This document shows, piece after piece, positions 1 to 9,241 of a DNA stretch of 64,000 nt. The DNA lies in the NCBI GenBank assembly GCA_050749465.1, contig JBOGRO010000051.1, forward strand, positions 6,742-70,741, in the 5' to 3' direction. Made by a program: the position numbers and the translations under genes. The notes beneath the pieces are model-generated. The model was not told the DNA's origin. It ran no database searches and saw nothing but the letters and a program-made list of their open reading frames with translations. The first letter of the stretch is position 1. Each line of letters opens with the position of its first letter. Source of the stretch: Thermoplasmata archaeon (GTDB taxonomy: Archaea > Thermoplasmatota > Thermoplasmata > Lutacidiplasmatales > UBA184).

Positions 1-227
1 GAGCCGGTCAGCGCCGCTCGGTACATGCCTTGGAACCAGGCGACCTCGTCGGCAAGCGACGGGCGGCTCCCATGGAGGGTGATGCCGATGCTCGGATTCG
101 TCTCCCGCTCTTCGTAGAGCAGGTAATAGAGCTCGCGCAGCGGGTCGAAGTCCGACCACCGGAGCTCGCGGACGAGGACGCCGCCCTGACCCGGGCGGTC
201 CGGCGACCCTGGGGTCTTCGCCGTCAC
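1..227 (-). CDS. hypothetical protein, 5' part only (weak GNAT-acetyltransferase-like N-terminus)
   Basis: Hand translation of the minus strand. GTG at 227 overlaps the stop of the upstream DUF59 gene (GTGA). Sequence VTAKTPGSPDRPGQGGVLVRELRWSDFDPLRELYYLLYEERETNPSIGITLHGSRPSLADEVAWFQGMYRAALTG runs off the window. Strong G/C third-position bias. Family assignment is tentative. Confidence 0.4.
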   Translation of the reverse strand, partial: MTAKTPGSPDRPGQGGVLVRELRWSDFDPLRELYYLLYEERETNPSIGITLHGSRPSLADEVAWFQGMYRAALTG

Positions 228-610
228 GCGTAGCCGAACTGGCGCTTCGCGAAGTCGCTCATCCGCTCGGGCGACCAGGGGGGGTCCCAGATCATGTCGA
301 CCTTTGCGGACTTGACGTTCGGGACCTTCTCGATCGCCGTCTTGATCTCCTCGGCGAGGATTCCGGCGACCGGACAGCCCGGAGCGGTCAGGGTCATCTT
401 GAGGGTGAGGTCGTCTCCCGACCACTCGAAACCGTAGATGAGCCCGAGGTCGACGATGTTCATCGGGATCTCGGGGTCGTAGATCTGCTTCAGGCTCTCC
501 GTGATGAGCCGTTCCCGGTCGGAGTACGGACCCGGGGCGGAGCTGGCAGCGGTCGGGGCGCTCGTCGCCGGCGGCGTCGTCGCGGCGGCGGTCGGGGTCG
601 CGTCGGTCAT
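224..610 (-). CDS. DUF59/MIP18-family Fe-S assembly protein (SufT/PaaD-like)
   Basis: 128 aa. Ala/Thr/Pro-rich N-terminal tail, then the DUF59 pattern IYDPEIPMNIVDLGLIY...LTAPGCPVAG...VDMIWDPPWSPERMS. TATA-like box about 27 nt upstream of the ATG. Confidence 0.8.
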   Translation of the reverse strand: MTDATPTAAATTPPATSAPTAASSAPGPYSDRERLITESLKQIYDPEIPMNIVDLGLIYGFEWSGDDLTLKMTLTAPGCPVAGILAEEIKTAIEKVPNVKSAKVDMIWDPPWSPERMSDFAKRQFGYA

Positions 611-633
611 CCTCTCTGCGACCGGTCGCGGGG

Positions 634-641
634 GTATAAGC
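634..641 (-). promoter_or_regulatory. TATA-like box (CTTATAC on minus strand) for the DUF59 gene
   Basis: The only A/T-rich element in a GC-rich spacer. It is centred about 27 nt upstream of the ATG at 610, consistent with a leaderless archaeal promoter. Confidence 0.4.
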
Positions 642-686
642 TCGCAGGGCGGACCTCGGCGACGGGGCCGATTCGCGTCGGAATCC

Positions 687-694
687 GTTTAAGG
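687..694 (+). promoter_or_regulatory. TATA-like box (GTTTAAGG) for mptA
   Basis: A/T-rich element centred about 25 nt upstream of the ATG at 716. Confidence 0.4.
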
Positions 695-715
695 CGACCC
701 CGGGTAGCTCGAGAG

Positions 716-1621
716 ATGAAGGACATCCACGCCATGGCCCCGAGCGGAGGCCCCCTGCGACTGCGCTCGGTCGGCGTTTCCGGGATCCGCAAGCCGCTCT
801 CCGTTCAGCGGGGCGACCGGGTACACTCGCTCGCGGCGACGTTCGACGTGTCGGTCGACCTCCCGTCCGAGCGGAAGGGCTCCGACCTCTCCCGCAACGC
901 GGAAGTGCTCGCCGAGGTGGTCGACCGGACGGTCGAGCGCCCCGTCTCGAGCCTCGAGACGGCCTGCTCCGCCATCGCCCGCGAGTTGCTCGTCCGGCAT
1001 GCCTACGCCACGGAAGCGGTCGTCGAGGCGTCCGCGGAGTACTTCCTGAGAAAGGGAATCTCCGACGCGAAGCGGAGCTATGAGGATTATCGCCTGCTCG
1101 CCGAAGCGCGGGCGACGCGCACCGCCGCGGGGGTCGAGCTGCGCCGCGCGATCGGAGCGGAAGCCGTCGGCATGACGGCATGCCCGTGCGCGATGGAGAC
1201 GTGTCGGGAGCTCTTGCTCCGAGAATACCCGCTCCTCACCGACCCGAGCCTCGCGACGCTGCCGATGATCACCCACAACCAACGCAACCGGACCCGCCTC
1301 GTCTTCGAGATGGCGGGCGACACCGAAGTTGAGGTCGACGACCTCATCGACGCGATCGAGGGGGCGCAGTCCAGCCCCACGTACGCGATCCTGAAGCGGG
1401 GGGACGAGGCGCAGGTCGTCCTGGACGCGCACCGACACCCGAAGTTCGTCGAGGACGTTCTGCGGGACCTCCTCGCCGGCCTTCCGGCTCGCTTTCCCGA
1501 GGTTCCCGACGCGGTCGTCGTCCGCGCCGCCACGCTCAGCGAGGAGTCGATCCACAAGTACAACGTGGAGGCGTCGCATCGGATCTCCCTCGGCGAGCTG
1601 CGGCGCGTCCCGAACGCCTGA
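716..1621 (+). CDS. mptA: GTP cyclohydrolase MptA / FolE2 family (archaeal GTP cyclohydrolase IB-like)
   Basis: 301 aa. Family-typical segments RGDRVHSLAATFDVSVDLPSERKGSDLSRN, GMTACPCAME, ITHNQRNRT and ESIHKYNVEAS. Length fits MptA/FolE2. Confidence 0.8.
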   Translation: MKDIHAMAPSGGPLRLRSVGVSGIRKPLSVQRGDRVHSLAATFDVSVDLPSERKGSDLSRNAEVLAEVVDRTVERPVSSLETACSAIARELLVRHAYATEAVVEASAEYFLRKGISDAKRSYEDYRLLAEARATRTAAGVELRRAIGAEAVGMTACPCAMETCRELLLREYPLLTDPSLATLPMITHNQRNRTRLVFEMAGDTEVEVDDLIDAIEGAQSSPTYAILKRGDEAQVVLDAHRHPKFVEDVLRDLLAGLPARFPEVPDAVVVRAATLSEESIHKYNVEASHRISLGELRRVPNA

Positions 1622-1638
1622 GAGAGCGGAGGGCGACC

Positions 1639-2934
1639 GTGGCCTACGCCCTCGACGGGATCCGACGCCGACCGGGCCGCTCGGCCCTGACGTCGCTCGG
1701 GATCGGCCTCGCGGTCGGGCTTGTCGTCCTGCTCCTCGCGATCTCGGCGGGGGTCCAGACGAGCGCGACCGAGCTCGCGACCGCGAGTGGGGTCGACCTC
1801 ATCGCCGCGAGCGCGAACACGACGATCACCACCAGCAGCGTCCCGCCGATCGCGGCGGCCCATCGGCTCGCGTCCGAGATTCCCGCGGTCGACTCGAACG
1901 TCGAGGTCGCGAGCCCGTGGCTCGTCAGCGATCTTGTCTTCGGGAACGCGTCGCTCTGGGCGGCCGCGAACGCGAGCGGGGTACCCGGCAGCTGGGCGCC
2001 GACCGGGGCCGGGTCCGTCGGCTGGATCCCGTCGGACAACACGGGGATCGAGACGCCCCAGATGTTCAACGGGACGGGGTTCACGTACCCCGGCGATCCG
2101 CACTACGCGAACGGAACCTACACCGGGCCGTTCACCCACGAGATCGTCCTCGACCAGGGCCTCGCCCAAGTGCTCGGGGTGAAGGTCGGCGACCTCATCT
2201 GGGCGAACGCCTCGGAGCCCGCGAGCGCCGCCGCGCTCGCCGGATGGTACGCCAACTCCACGGCGTTCCGCGTCGTCGGGGTGTCGGGACCGTTCTGGCT
2301 CGTACCGTCCGCGCTCCTCTCGTTCCTCTACCTCTCCGAGCTCCAGACGATCGTCGGCGGAGCCAACTCCTCGACCGACTACGCCTCGCTCCTCCTGATC
2401 CACCTGGTCGACCCGACGACCGCGAGCGCGGACCAGACGCGGATCGAGACCACGTTCCCGGGGCTCACGGTCATCACGCTCGGTGAGGTGCTGGGCGAGG
2501 TCCAACAGGTCGTCAACCTCTACCGGACGTTCGGCATCCTCATCGGAGCGATCGGAATTGTCGTCGCCGCGCTCTTCGCGACGACGGTGCTCCAGATGTC
2601 CGTCGACGACCGGAGTCGGGAGCTCGCGTTGCTCCGGGCGATCGGTTACACTCGGGCCCGGGTCGGCGGGTTCGTGGTCGAAGAGGGGGTCCTCCTCGCG
2701 CTGATCGGCCTTGCGGTCGGGCTCCCGGTCGCGTACCTCGGCTCGTGGGAGCTCAACCGGTTCCTCCTCGGACTGGTGGGGGGCTTACCGGTGGGCTTTT
2801 CGTTCGTCTCCTTCAATGCCACGGTCGTCCTCTCGGGGATCGGGCTCGTGCTCGCGATCGGCCTCGTCGCGTCCGTGCTCCCCGCGGTGCGGGCGATGGG
2901 CCTGCCCGTCGCCGAGGAGCTGAGGGCTCCGTGA
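1639..2934 (+). CDS. ABC transporter permease, FtsX/MacB type
   Basis: 431 aa. N-terminal TM helix, a large extracytoplasmic loop rich in N-x-S/T sequons, then a C-terminal FtsX 3-TM bundle (RELALLRAIGYTRARV...). GTG start. Confidence 0.85.
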   Translation: MAYALDGIRRRPGRSALTSLGIGLAVGLVVLLLAISAGVQTSATELATASGVDLIAASANTTITTSSVPPIAAAHRLASEIPAVDSNVEVASPWLVSDLVFGNASLWAAANASGVPGSWAPTGAGSVGWIPSDNTGIETPQMFNGTGFTYPGDPHYANGTYTGPFTHEIVLDQGLAQVLGVKVGDLIWANASEPASAAALAGWYANSTAFRVVGVSGPFWLVPSALLSFLYLSELQTIVGGANSSTDYASLLLIHLVDPTTASADQTRIETTFPGLTVITLGEVLGEVQQVVNLYRTFGILIGAIGIVVAALFATTVLQMSVDDRSRELALLRAIGYTRARVGGFVVEEGVLLALIGLAVGLPVAYLGSWELNRFLLGLVGGLPVGFSFVSFNATVVLSGIGLVLAIGLVASVLPAVRAMGLPVAEELRAP

Positions 2935-4178
2935 TGCGTCTCGGCTTCGGCGGCCAGCTGCGCCACCATCGCCTGCAGCAGATCCTCGCGATCGCCGCGA
3001 TCGCGACCGCGGTCGCGCTCCCCGTGGTGCTCGTGAGCGTGGGCGGCGGGGTCTCCGCGCACGAGCTCCAGAGCCTCGAGAATGCCGGATACCAGATCGT
3101 CGTCAGCGCCTCCGGCCTCCACGGCGTCTCCCGCGCGCACGCGCTGGCCCAGCAGATCCTCGCCCTCTCGTCGGTCACCGCGGCCTCCCCGGTCCTCAGC
3201 GTCTCGGTGGATTCGTTCCTCGCGAGCGGCGGCCCCACGCCGGTGCTCGCGGAGGGGGTCATTCCCGACGAGTTCACGACGACGCTCGGTCCGGCCGAGA
3301 GCGGGCTCTTTCCGAACCCACTTCCCCTCGGCGACCCGAGCGACGCGGCCCACTACGCGAACGGCACCTACTCCGGCCCAGTGGTGGACGACGTCCTCGT
3401 CTCGTCACCGCTCGCGCAGGCGGACCGGATCGCGGTGGGTTCGCAGCTTTGGCTCGGCCCGACCTCGAATCGCTCCGCGGCGGTCGAATACACGGTCCGG
3501 GGTACGTTCGGCGTGCCGCCGACGGCGCTCGGGCCGACCGGTGCGTTCGCGATCGTGATGCCGCTCTCCGACCTGCAGGTCCTTGCGAACCTCGCCGCGG
3601 GCCCGTCCGCGACCGTTCCCGACGCCGCCGACACGGTCGAGATCGCCGTCGTCGGGAGCGCCGCGACCAACCCGGCGGCCCTCGACCGCGTCGAGGCCGA
3701 AGTGCAGGCGCTCGTACCGTACTACGCCGTCAGCTCGCTCGATCAGGAGGCGCAGCAACTCCAGTCGGCGAGCGGTGTCCTCACCGGTTTCTATCTGGCG
3801 CTCTCCTCGGTCGGTCTCACGGTCGGACTCCTCTTCCTCGCGCTCGTCCTCGTTCGGCGGGTCGAGTCCGACCGGAGGTCGATCGGGATCCGTCGGGCGC
3901 TCGGGCTCTCCCGCCGCTCCATCGCCTCTACGATCGTCGCGGACGGGCTCGTGCTCGGGTTGGTCGGCGCGATCACCGGGGTGGTTGCGGGATATCTGAT
4001 CGTCGAGGGCCTCGCCGCGTGGGGTTCCGCGGCGGTCCAGGACGCGGCGCGGCTCGCGGTGTTCGCGCCGGTGACCCTCAGTGCGATCGTCGCCGGGGTG
4101 CTCGCCTTGTCCCTCTTCGCGAGCGCGATCGCGACCCGTTCGGCGCTCGGGATCGAGATCACGGAGGCGCTGAGGTGA
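2934..4178 (+). CDS. ABC transporter permease, FtsX/MacB type (paralogue of the preceding gene)
   Basis: ATG at 2934 overlaps the previous stop (GTGATG; GTG 2931 is also possible). Same architecture, with RSIGIRRALGLSRRSI in the FtsX domain. Shares the loop motif HYANGTYSGP with its neighbour. Confidence 0.85.
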   Translation: MRLGFGGQLRHHRLQQILAIAAIATAVALPVVLVSVGGGVSAHELQSLENAGYQIVVSASGLHGVSRAHALAQQILALSSVTAASPVLSVSVDSFLASGGPTPVLAEGVIPDEFTTTLGPAESGLFPNPLPLGDPSDAAHYANGTYSGPVVDDVLVSSPLAQADRIAVGSQLWLGPTSNRSAAVEYTVRGTFGVPPTALGPTGAFAIVMPLSDLQVLANLAAGPSATVPDAADTVEIAVVGSAATNPAALDRVEAEVQALVPYYAVSSLDQEAQQLQSASGVLTGFYLALSSVGLTVGLLFLALVLVRRVESDRRSIGIRRALGLSRRSIASTIVADGLVLGLVGAITGVVAGYLIVEGLAAWGSAAVQDAARLAVFAPVTLSAIVAGVLALSLFASAIATRSALGIEITEALR

Positions 4179-4879
4179 CGACGGTCGCTTCCCCTTCGGT
4201 CGAGCTCGTCGGGGCCGTCCGCACCTACGGCGCGGGCCGGGCCGAGGCGGTGCCCGCGCTACGGAGCGTTGACCTCGCGATCGCTCCGGGCGAGTTCGTC
4301 TCGGTCGAAGGCCCGAGCGGATGCGGGAAAACGACGCTGCTCAACCTCCTCGGGCTGCTCGACGCGCCGACCGAGGGCGAGGTCCGGTGGAACGGACGCG
4401 CGGTCGGGAGCCTCGCGGAGCGGGAGCGCTCGCGCCTGCGCCTGGAGGGTGTCGGGTTCATCTTTCAGCGGTTCTACCTCCTCCCGACCTTGACCGCCCG
4501 CGAGAACGTGGAACTGCCGATGCGCGCCCTCGGCGTGCCGCGCGCCGAGCGGGCGCGCCGGAGCGCCGAGCTGCTCGGCGAGGTCGGGCTCGGCGGGCGG
4601 GAGCGCGCGTTCCCCCACCAGCTCTCCGGCGGCGAAGAGCAGCGGGTCGCCGTCGCGCGCGCGCTCGCGAACCGGCCCGGGCTTCTTCTCGCCGACGAGC
4701 CGACCGGCGAGCTCGATAGCGGGAACGCGACGGCGATCCTGGAGCTCCTCGAGCGGCTGCGCGCGGACCGCGCCGCCTCGCTCGTCCTCGTGACCCACAA
4801 CCCCGAGGTCGCACGGCGCGCGCGCCGGCACCTCACGATGCGCGACGGCCGGATCGACCGGGACGTTCGGGAGGCGTAG
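4175..4879 (+). CDS. ABC transporter ATP-binding protein (MacB/LolD-like)
   Basis: GTG at 4175 overlaps the permease stop (GTGA). Walker A GPSGCGKTT, signature LSGGEEQRV, Walker B LLLADEPTGELD. Ends in TAG at 4877-4879. Confidence 0.9.
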   Translation: MTTVASPSVELVGAVRTYGAGRAEAVPALRSVDLAIAPGEFVSVEGPSGCGKTTLLNLLGLLDAPTEGEVRWNGRAVGSLAERERSRLRLEGVGFIFQRFYLLPTLTARENVELPMRALGVPRAERARRSAELLGEVGLGGRERAFPHQLSGGEEQRVAVARALANRPGLLLADEPTGELDSGNATAILELLERLRADRAASLVLVTHNPEVARRARRHLTMRDGRIDRDVREA

Positions 4880-4881
4880 CC

Positions 4882-6660
4882 GTGGCGCGGATCGCGATCC
4901 TCCTCAACGACCGCTGCCACCCGAAGGAGTGCCAGTGGGAGTGCCAGGCGTACTGCCCGCCGGTCCGGATGGGCCAGGAGTGCATCGTCGAGGGTCCCCT
5001 CGGCAAGCCGATCATCTCCGAGACCCTGTGCATCGGCTGCGGGATCTGCGTCCACAAGTGTCCGTTCGACGCGATCAAGATCCTCAACACGCCCGAGGCC
5101 GACCCGTCCGAGATCGTCCACCGGTACGGGTACAACGGGTTCCGGATGTACCGGATGCCGGTGCCTCCGGTCCGAGGGATCACCGGACTCCTCGGACCGA
5201 ACGGGACCGGCAAATCGACCGCGCTGCGGCTCCTCGCGGGCCAGGACGTCCCGAACCTCGGCGACTACAATTCGCCCGGGGACTGGGCGAAGGTCCTCGA
5301 GCGGTACCGCGGCACCGCGCTGCGGGCGCACTTTGAGCGGGTCGCCAAGGGAGAATTGCGAACGGTGCTGAAGCCGCAGTACGTCGACCGGATCTCGGAG
5401 GAACCGGTGACGGTCGCGGAGTACGTCGGCGCGGCGGGCGGATCGGCCCGGTCGACGATCGAGGCGGTCGGGCTCGCCGGGCGCGGCGACGCGCGCCTCG
5501 CCGAGCTCTCGGGGGGGGAGCTCCAGCTGGCGGCGATCGCGCGGACGCTCGCGACCGACGCCGACCTCTACCTCGTCGACGAGCCCTCCAGCTACCTCGA
5601 CATCGTCCACCGGCTCGACGTCGCCCGACTCCTCCGCCGCCTCGGAGAGACGAAGAGCGTGCTCGTCGTCGAGCACGACCTCGCCCTCCTCGACTACCTC
5701 GCCGACCACGCGCACCTCATCTACGGCGAGCCCGCCGCGTTCGGCGTGATCAGCCACCCGCTCCCGATGCGCGCGGCGATCAACACGTATCTCACGGGGT
5801 ACCTGAAGGACGAGAACGTCCGGTTCCGTCCCGAGCCCATCCGTTTCGTCGCGCACCCCCCGAAGCCGGCCGCGCGCGCGAACGCCCTGGTCGACTTCCC
5901 CGCGCTCGAGAAGAAGTTCCCGGCGTTCCACCTCGCGGTCGGCGCCGGTTCGGTCGCGAAGGGCCAGACGGTGGGGATCGTCGGTCCGAACGGCACCGGA
6001 AAGACGACGTTCGTGCGGATGCTCGCCGGCGTCGAGCCGCCGACCCGCGGGACGCCGCCCGTGGGCGTGAGCGTGAGCTACAAGCCGCAGTACCTGAAGG
6101 CGACCCAGCCCGCGAGCCTCCGGGAGCGGGCGACGGCCCTCGCCGGCGACCCGGCGTTCGACTCCGCGCTCTTCGAGAAGGAGCTTCTTCCGGGTCTCCA
6201 CCTCGAGGAGGTCCAGGACGTCGCGCTGACCGACCTCTCGGGCGGCGAGCTCCAGCGCGCCGCGGTCGGGCTGGCGCTCGCGCGCCCCGCGACCCTCTAC
6301 CTCCTCGACGAGCCGTCGGCCTACCTCGACGCCGACGAGCGGATGTCGATGGCCCGGCTCGTCCGTCGTCAGGTCGAGCGGCAAGCCGCGAGCGCGCTCG
6401 TCGTCGACCACGACGTCTACTTCCTCGACCTCGCGTGCGACGAGTTCATGGTCTTCGCGAACGGGCCCCGCGGTCCCGTCGAGGGCCGAGGGGAGGGACC
6501 GTTCCCGATGCGGGAGGGGATGAACCGGCTTCTCGAGGGCGTCGGCGTCACCTTCCGCCGGGACCCCGAGACCCTGCGGCCGCGGATCAACCGCGAGGGC
6601 TCGGTCCTCGACCGCGAACAACGCGCGCGCCAGGAGTACTACTACGAAGCCCTCAACTGA
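4882..6660 (+). CDS. ABCE1: ABCE1 / RNase L inhibitor homologue (ribosome recycling ATPase)
   Basis: 592 aa. N-terminal double 4Fe-4S domain (CHPKECQWECQAYCP; CIGCGICVHKCP) followed by two ABC ATPase cassettes (GPNGTGKST; GPNGTGKTT; LSGGELQ twice). GTG start 2 nt after the previous stop. Confidence 0.95.
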   Translation: MARIAILLNDRCHPKECQWECQAYCPPVRMGQECIVEGPLGKPIISETLCIGCGICVHKCPFDAIKILNTPEADPSEIVHRYGYNGFRMYRMPVPPVRGITGLLGPNGTGKSTALRLLAGQDVPNLGDYNSPGDWAKVLERYRGTALRAHFERVAKGELRTVLKPQYVDRISEEPVTVAEYVGAAGGSARSTIEAVGLAGRGDARLAELSGGELQLAAIARTLATDADLYLVDEPSSYLDIVHRLDVARLLRRLGETKSVLVVEHDLALLDYLADHAHLIYGEPAAFGVISHPLPMRAAINTYLTGYLKDENVRFRPEPIRFVAHPPKPAARANALVDFPALEKKFPAFHLAVGAGSVAKGQTVGIVGPNGTGKTTFVRMLAGVEPPTRGTPPVGVSVSYKPQYLKATQPASLRERATALAGDPAFDSALFEKELLPGLHLEEVQDVALTDLSGGELQRAAVGLALARPATLYLLDEPSAYLDADERMSMARLVRRQVERQAASALVVDHDVYFLDLACDEFMVFANGPRGPVEGRGEGPFPMREGMNRLLEGVGVTFRRDPETLRPRINREGSVLDREQRARQEYYYEALN

Positions 6661-6793
6661 GGCCCCGGGGGACCCCGACGCCCCGGCGACGCGCCCTCCG
6701 GGGTCCGCGCCCCCTCCGCCCTCGCTCGACGCGGTCGGGCGCTACCGCGCCCGGGGCGCCTATTCTCCGGTCACGGTCGGCGTCTACGTCGTC

Positions 6794-7240
6794 GTGATCC
6801 TGCTGCTCTACTTCGTGGTGCTGAAGAGCCCGATCGCGTCGGACCCGATCGCGGTCTATTTCCTCATCGCCGTGACGCTCTTCCTGCTCGTCCGCTACTT
6901 CTCCACCGGCTACTCCCTCGACGACGAGTACCTCTACGCCCGCCGCCTCATCGGGGGCCGTCGGATCCCGCTCCGCGACGTCCGGAAGATCGAGTACCTC
7001 CAGATGCGCGACCTCTCCGCGACCGGCTTCTTCGGCTCGTGGGGGTACCGCGGCCGGATGTGGAGCCCGTACATCGGCAACTTCGATGCGATCTACACCG
7101 ACCCGGTCGGGCTCCTCGTCTCCGCGAGCGGGGTGCCGCTGTTCGTCTCGCCGAAGCGCCCGCTCGACTTTGCGCGAGAACTCTCGCGCCGGGTGCGCTC
7201 GTATACGGGCCCGCTCCCCGTCGACGTCGGTCACCCGTGA
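6794..7240 (+). CDS. small membrane protein with C-terminal bacterial-PH-like domain (hypothetical)
   Basis: 148 aa. Two N-terminal hydrophobic helices, then YSLDDEYLYARRLIGGRRIPLRDVRKIEYL..., which resembles membrane-anchored PH (bPH) domains. High GC3. Confidence 0.5.
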   Translation: MILLLYFVVLKSPIASDPIAVYFLIAVTLFLLVRYFSTGYSLDDEYLYARRLIGGRRIPLRDVRKIEYLQMRDLSATGFFGSWGYRGRMWSPYIGNFDAIYTDPVGLLVSASGVPLFVSPKRPLDFARELSRRVRSYTGPLPVDVGHP

Positions 7241-7259
7241 GCCGGCGTCCGGCAGGGGA

Positions 7260-8756
7260 TCAGTACGTCGGCAGGCTCGGGTCGACGCGCTCGGCCCACG
7301 CCGTGATCCCGCCCGTCAGGTTCCGAACGTTCGAGAACCCGAGGTCCAGGAGGAGCCGCGTCGCCTGGGAGGAACGGCCGCCGGTGCGGCAGTAGACGAC
7401 GAGCCGTCGCGCCCCGGTGAGCTCGTTCAGCCGGTCGGGCAGCTCGCCCCGCGGGATCAGGTGCGCGTGCGGGAGGTGCACGATCTCCCACTCGTTGGGC
7501 TCGCGCACATCGACGAGCATCGGAGGGTCCGCGCCGGCGAGCTCGTCGCGCAGCGCCTCGGGCGTGATCTCGGGGAGCCCGCCCGCCTCATCGCCCTCCG
7601 CGGCGGGCCGGATCCCGCAGAACGCGGGGTAGTCGATGAGCCCCTTCTGGGTCGCCTTCGGGGAGCAGATCACGCACGACGGGTTCTTCTTCAGCCTCAG
7701 CTCGCGGAAGCGCATCGCGAGCGCGTCGTAGAGCACGAGCCGTCCGATCAGCGGCTCGCCGATGCCCGTGAGGAGCTTCACCGTCTCCGTCGCCTGGAGC
7801 ATCCCGATCATCCCGGGGAGGACGCCGAGGACCCCCCCCTCCGCGCACGAGGGGACGAGGTCGGGCGGCGGGGGCTCGGGGTAGAGGCAGCGGTAGCACG
7901 GTCCCCGCTTCGCGTCGAAGACGCTCGCCTGACCCTCGAAGCGGTAGATCGACCCGTAGACGTTCGGCTTCCCGAGCAGGACGCACGCGTCGTTCACGAG
8001 GTACCGGGTCGGGAAGTTATCGGTCCCGTCCACGACCACGTCGTACGGCCGCAGGACGTCGAGCGCGGTCGCCGAGGTCAGGTGGCCGGGGATCGTGCGG
8101 ACCCGGACCCCGGGGTTCAGCGCCTCGAGCCGATCCTTCGCGGCGTCTAGCTTCGGTCGGCCGAGGTCGGCCGTCGTGTAGAGGACCTGGCGCTGCAAGT
8201 TCGAAAGCTCGACCTCGTCGAAATCCACGAGTCCGATCTCGCCGACGCCCGCGGCGGCGAGATAGAGCGAGGTCGGCGCGCCGAGGCCGCCGGCGCCGAT
8301 GATAAGGACCTTGGAGCGCCGGAGCGCCTTCTGCCCGGCAACGCCCACCTCGGGGAGAAGGAGGTGACGACTGTACCGGCGCAACGCGTCCCGGTCGAGG
8401 GTATCCGCGGGCGGGTTCGGGACGACCGGGAGCGCGCTTCCGCGGGTGCGAGAGTGCGTGCCGGTCGACGCACCGCCGGCGATCGCGGGGACGATCGATA
8501 CGACGTCTCCCTCCTTCACGGGCGTCGCGTCCCGCTGGAGCGCCCGCACGTCCTCGTCGTTGAGGTAGACGCTCACGAAGCTGCGGAGCCTGCCATCGGG
8601 CGAGAAGAGGTGCTTCCGAAGGCCGGGGTAGCTCTCGGCGACCCCGCGGACGTGCTCGCCGACCGTCGCACCCCAGCTCGGCACCTCCGCGTGCCCGTCA
8701 GCGAACGAACGGAGCGGGGTCGGGATCTTCACGGTCGCCTTCGGCATCGACCTCAC
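7260..8756 (-). CDS. fusion protein: ThiS/MoaD-like ubiquitin-like domain (ends ...AIAGG) + ThiF/MoeB/MoeZ-type E1 adenylyltransferase + rhodanese
   Basis: 498 aa. Residues about 4-95 read as a beta-grasp sulfur carrier (MPKATVKIPTPLRSF...VSIVPAIAGG). A roughly 35-aa S/T/P/R linker follows. E1 domain: LIIGAGGLGAP, CYRC...PSCAEGGVLG. C-terminal rhodanese with VVYCRTGGRSS. GTG 8756 overlaps the JAMM stop; ATG 8747 is the alternative start. Confidence 0.85.
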   Translation of the reverse strand: MRSMPKATVKIPTPLRSFADGHAEVPSWGATVGEHVRGVAESYPGLRKHLFSPDGRLRSFVSVYLNDEDVRALQRDATPVKEGDVVSIVPAIAGGASTGTHSRTRGSALPVVPNPPADTLDRDALRRYSRHLLLPEVGVAGQKALRRSKVLIIGAGGLGAPTSLYLAAAGVGEIGLVDFDEVELSNLQRQVLYTTADLGRPKLDAAKDRLEALNPGVRVRTIPGHLTSATALDVLRPYDVVVDGTDNFPTRYLVNDACVLLGKPNVYGSIYRFEGQASVFDAKRGPCYRCLYPEPPPPDLVPSCAEGGVLGVLPGMIGMLQATETVKLLTGIGEPLIGRLVLYDALAMRFRELRLKKNPSCVICSPKATQKGLIDYPAFCGIRPAAEGDEAGGLPEITPEALRDELAGADPPMLVDVREPNEWEIVHLPHAHLIPRGELPDRLNELTGARRLVVYCRTGGRSSQATRLLLDLGFSNVRNLTGGITAWAERVDPSLPTY

Positions 8757-9241
8757 CGGCCTCCGGGGGCTCTTACGCTCTCCGTTACCCGCGCGTCAGC
8801 ACCCGGGCCGGTCTCGAGGGGAACTTCGCGGAAGACGCCGGACTCGCCGTCGAGCTCGAACGCGCCGATCGCCGGGGCGTCCGTCGCGGTCACGGAGAGG
8901 ACGAGGTAGGTGTACCACGGCCACGCATGGTCCCGGTCGAACTCCGACGGGCGCGCGGGGTGGTCGGGGTGCGAGTGGTAGAAGCCGGCGACGACCCGTT
9001 CCGAGCCTTCGAGGGCGTGCTCGGCCGAGCGCAGCTCCTCGGGCCGGATCACGAACCGTCGACGCCGCGCCCCTTCGAAGTCGTTCGGCGCCGCGCTCGC
9101 GGCCACGATCGACCGCGGCGCGTCGGGGTCGGCGGCGTCGGGCAGGGCGACCAGGAAGCCGCAGGCCTCATCGGGGTACGTCGCACGCGCGTGACGACGC
9201 ATCTCGGCGATGAGCGCGGCGGGGACGCGGACGGGTCTCAT
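8753..9241 (-). CDS. JAMM/MPN+ metalloprotease (Mec+/HvJAMM-like)
   Basis: 162 aa. EACGFLV plus the JAMM motif HSHPDHPARPSEFD (HxHx7Sx2D). The ATG overlaps the cysteine synthase stop (ATGA). Confidence 0.85.
   Translation of the reverse strand: MRPVRVPAALIAEMRRHARATYPDEACGFLVALPDAADPDAPRSIVAASAAPNDFEGARRRRFVIRPEELRSAEHALEGSERVVAGFYHSHPDHPARPSEFDRDHAWPWYTYLVLSVTATDAPAIGAFELDGESGVFREVPLETGPGADARVTESVRAPGGR

Noticed and set aside
4474-6621. 715-aa minus-strand ORF. Similar long antisense ORFs occur at 1087-2505, 12992-14467, 14638-16341, 17084-18814, 24828-27134, 41464-43608, 43868-45679 and 53450-55540.
   Set aside because: Each lies opposite a gene with strong family signatures (ABCE1, the first FtsX permease, SufB, SufD, radical SAM, the two Mo-subunits, the HMGL gene, PPase). 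All have Arg/Pro/Gly/Asp-rich low-complexity translations. They are treated as non-coding shadows.
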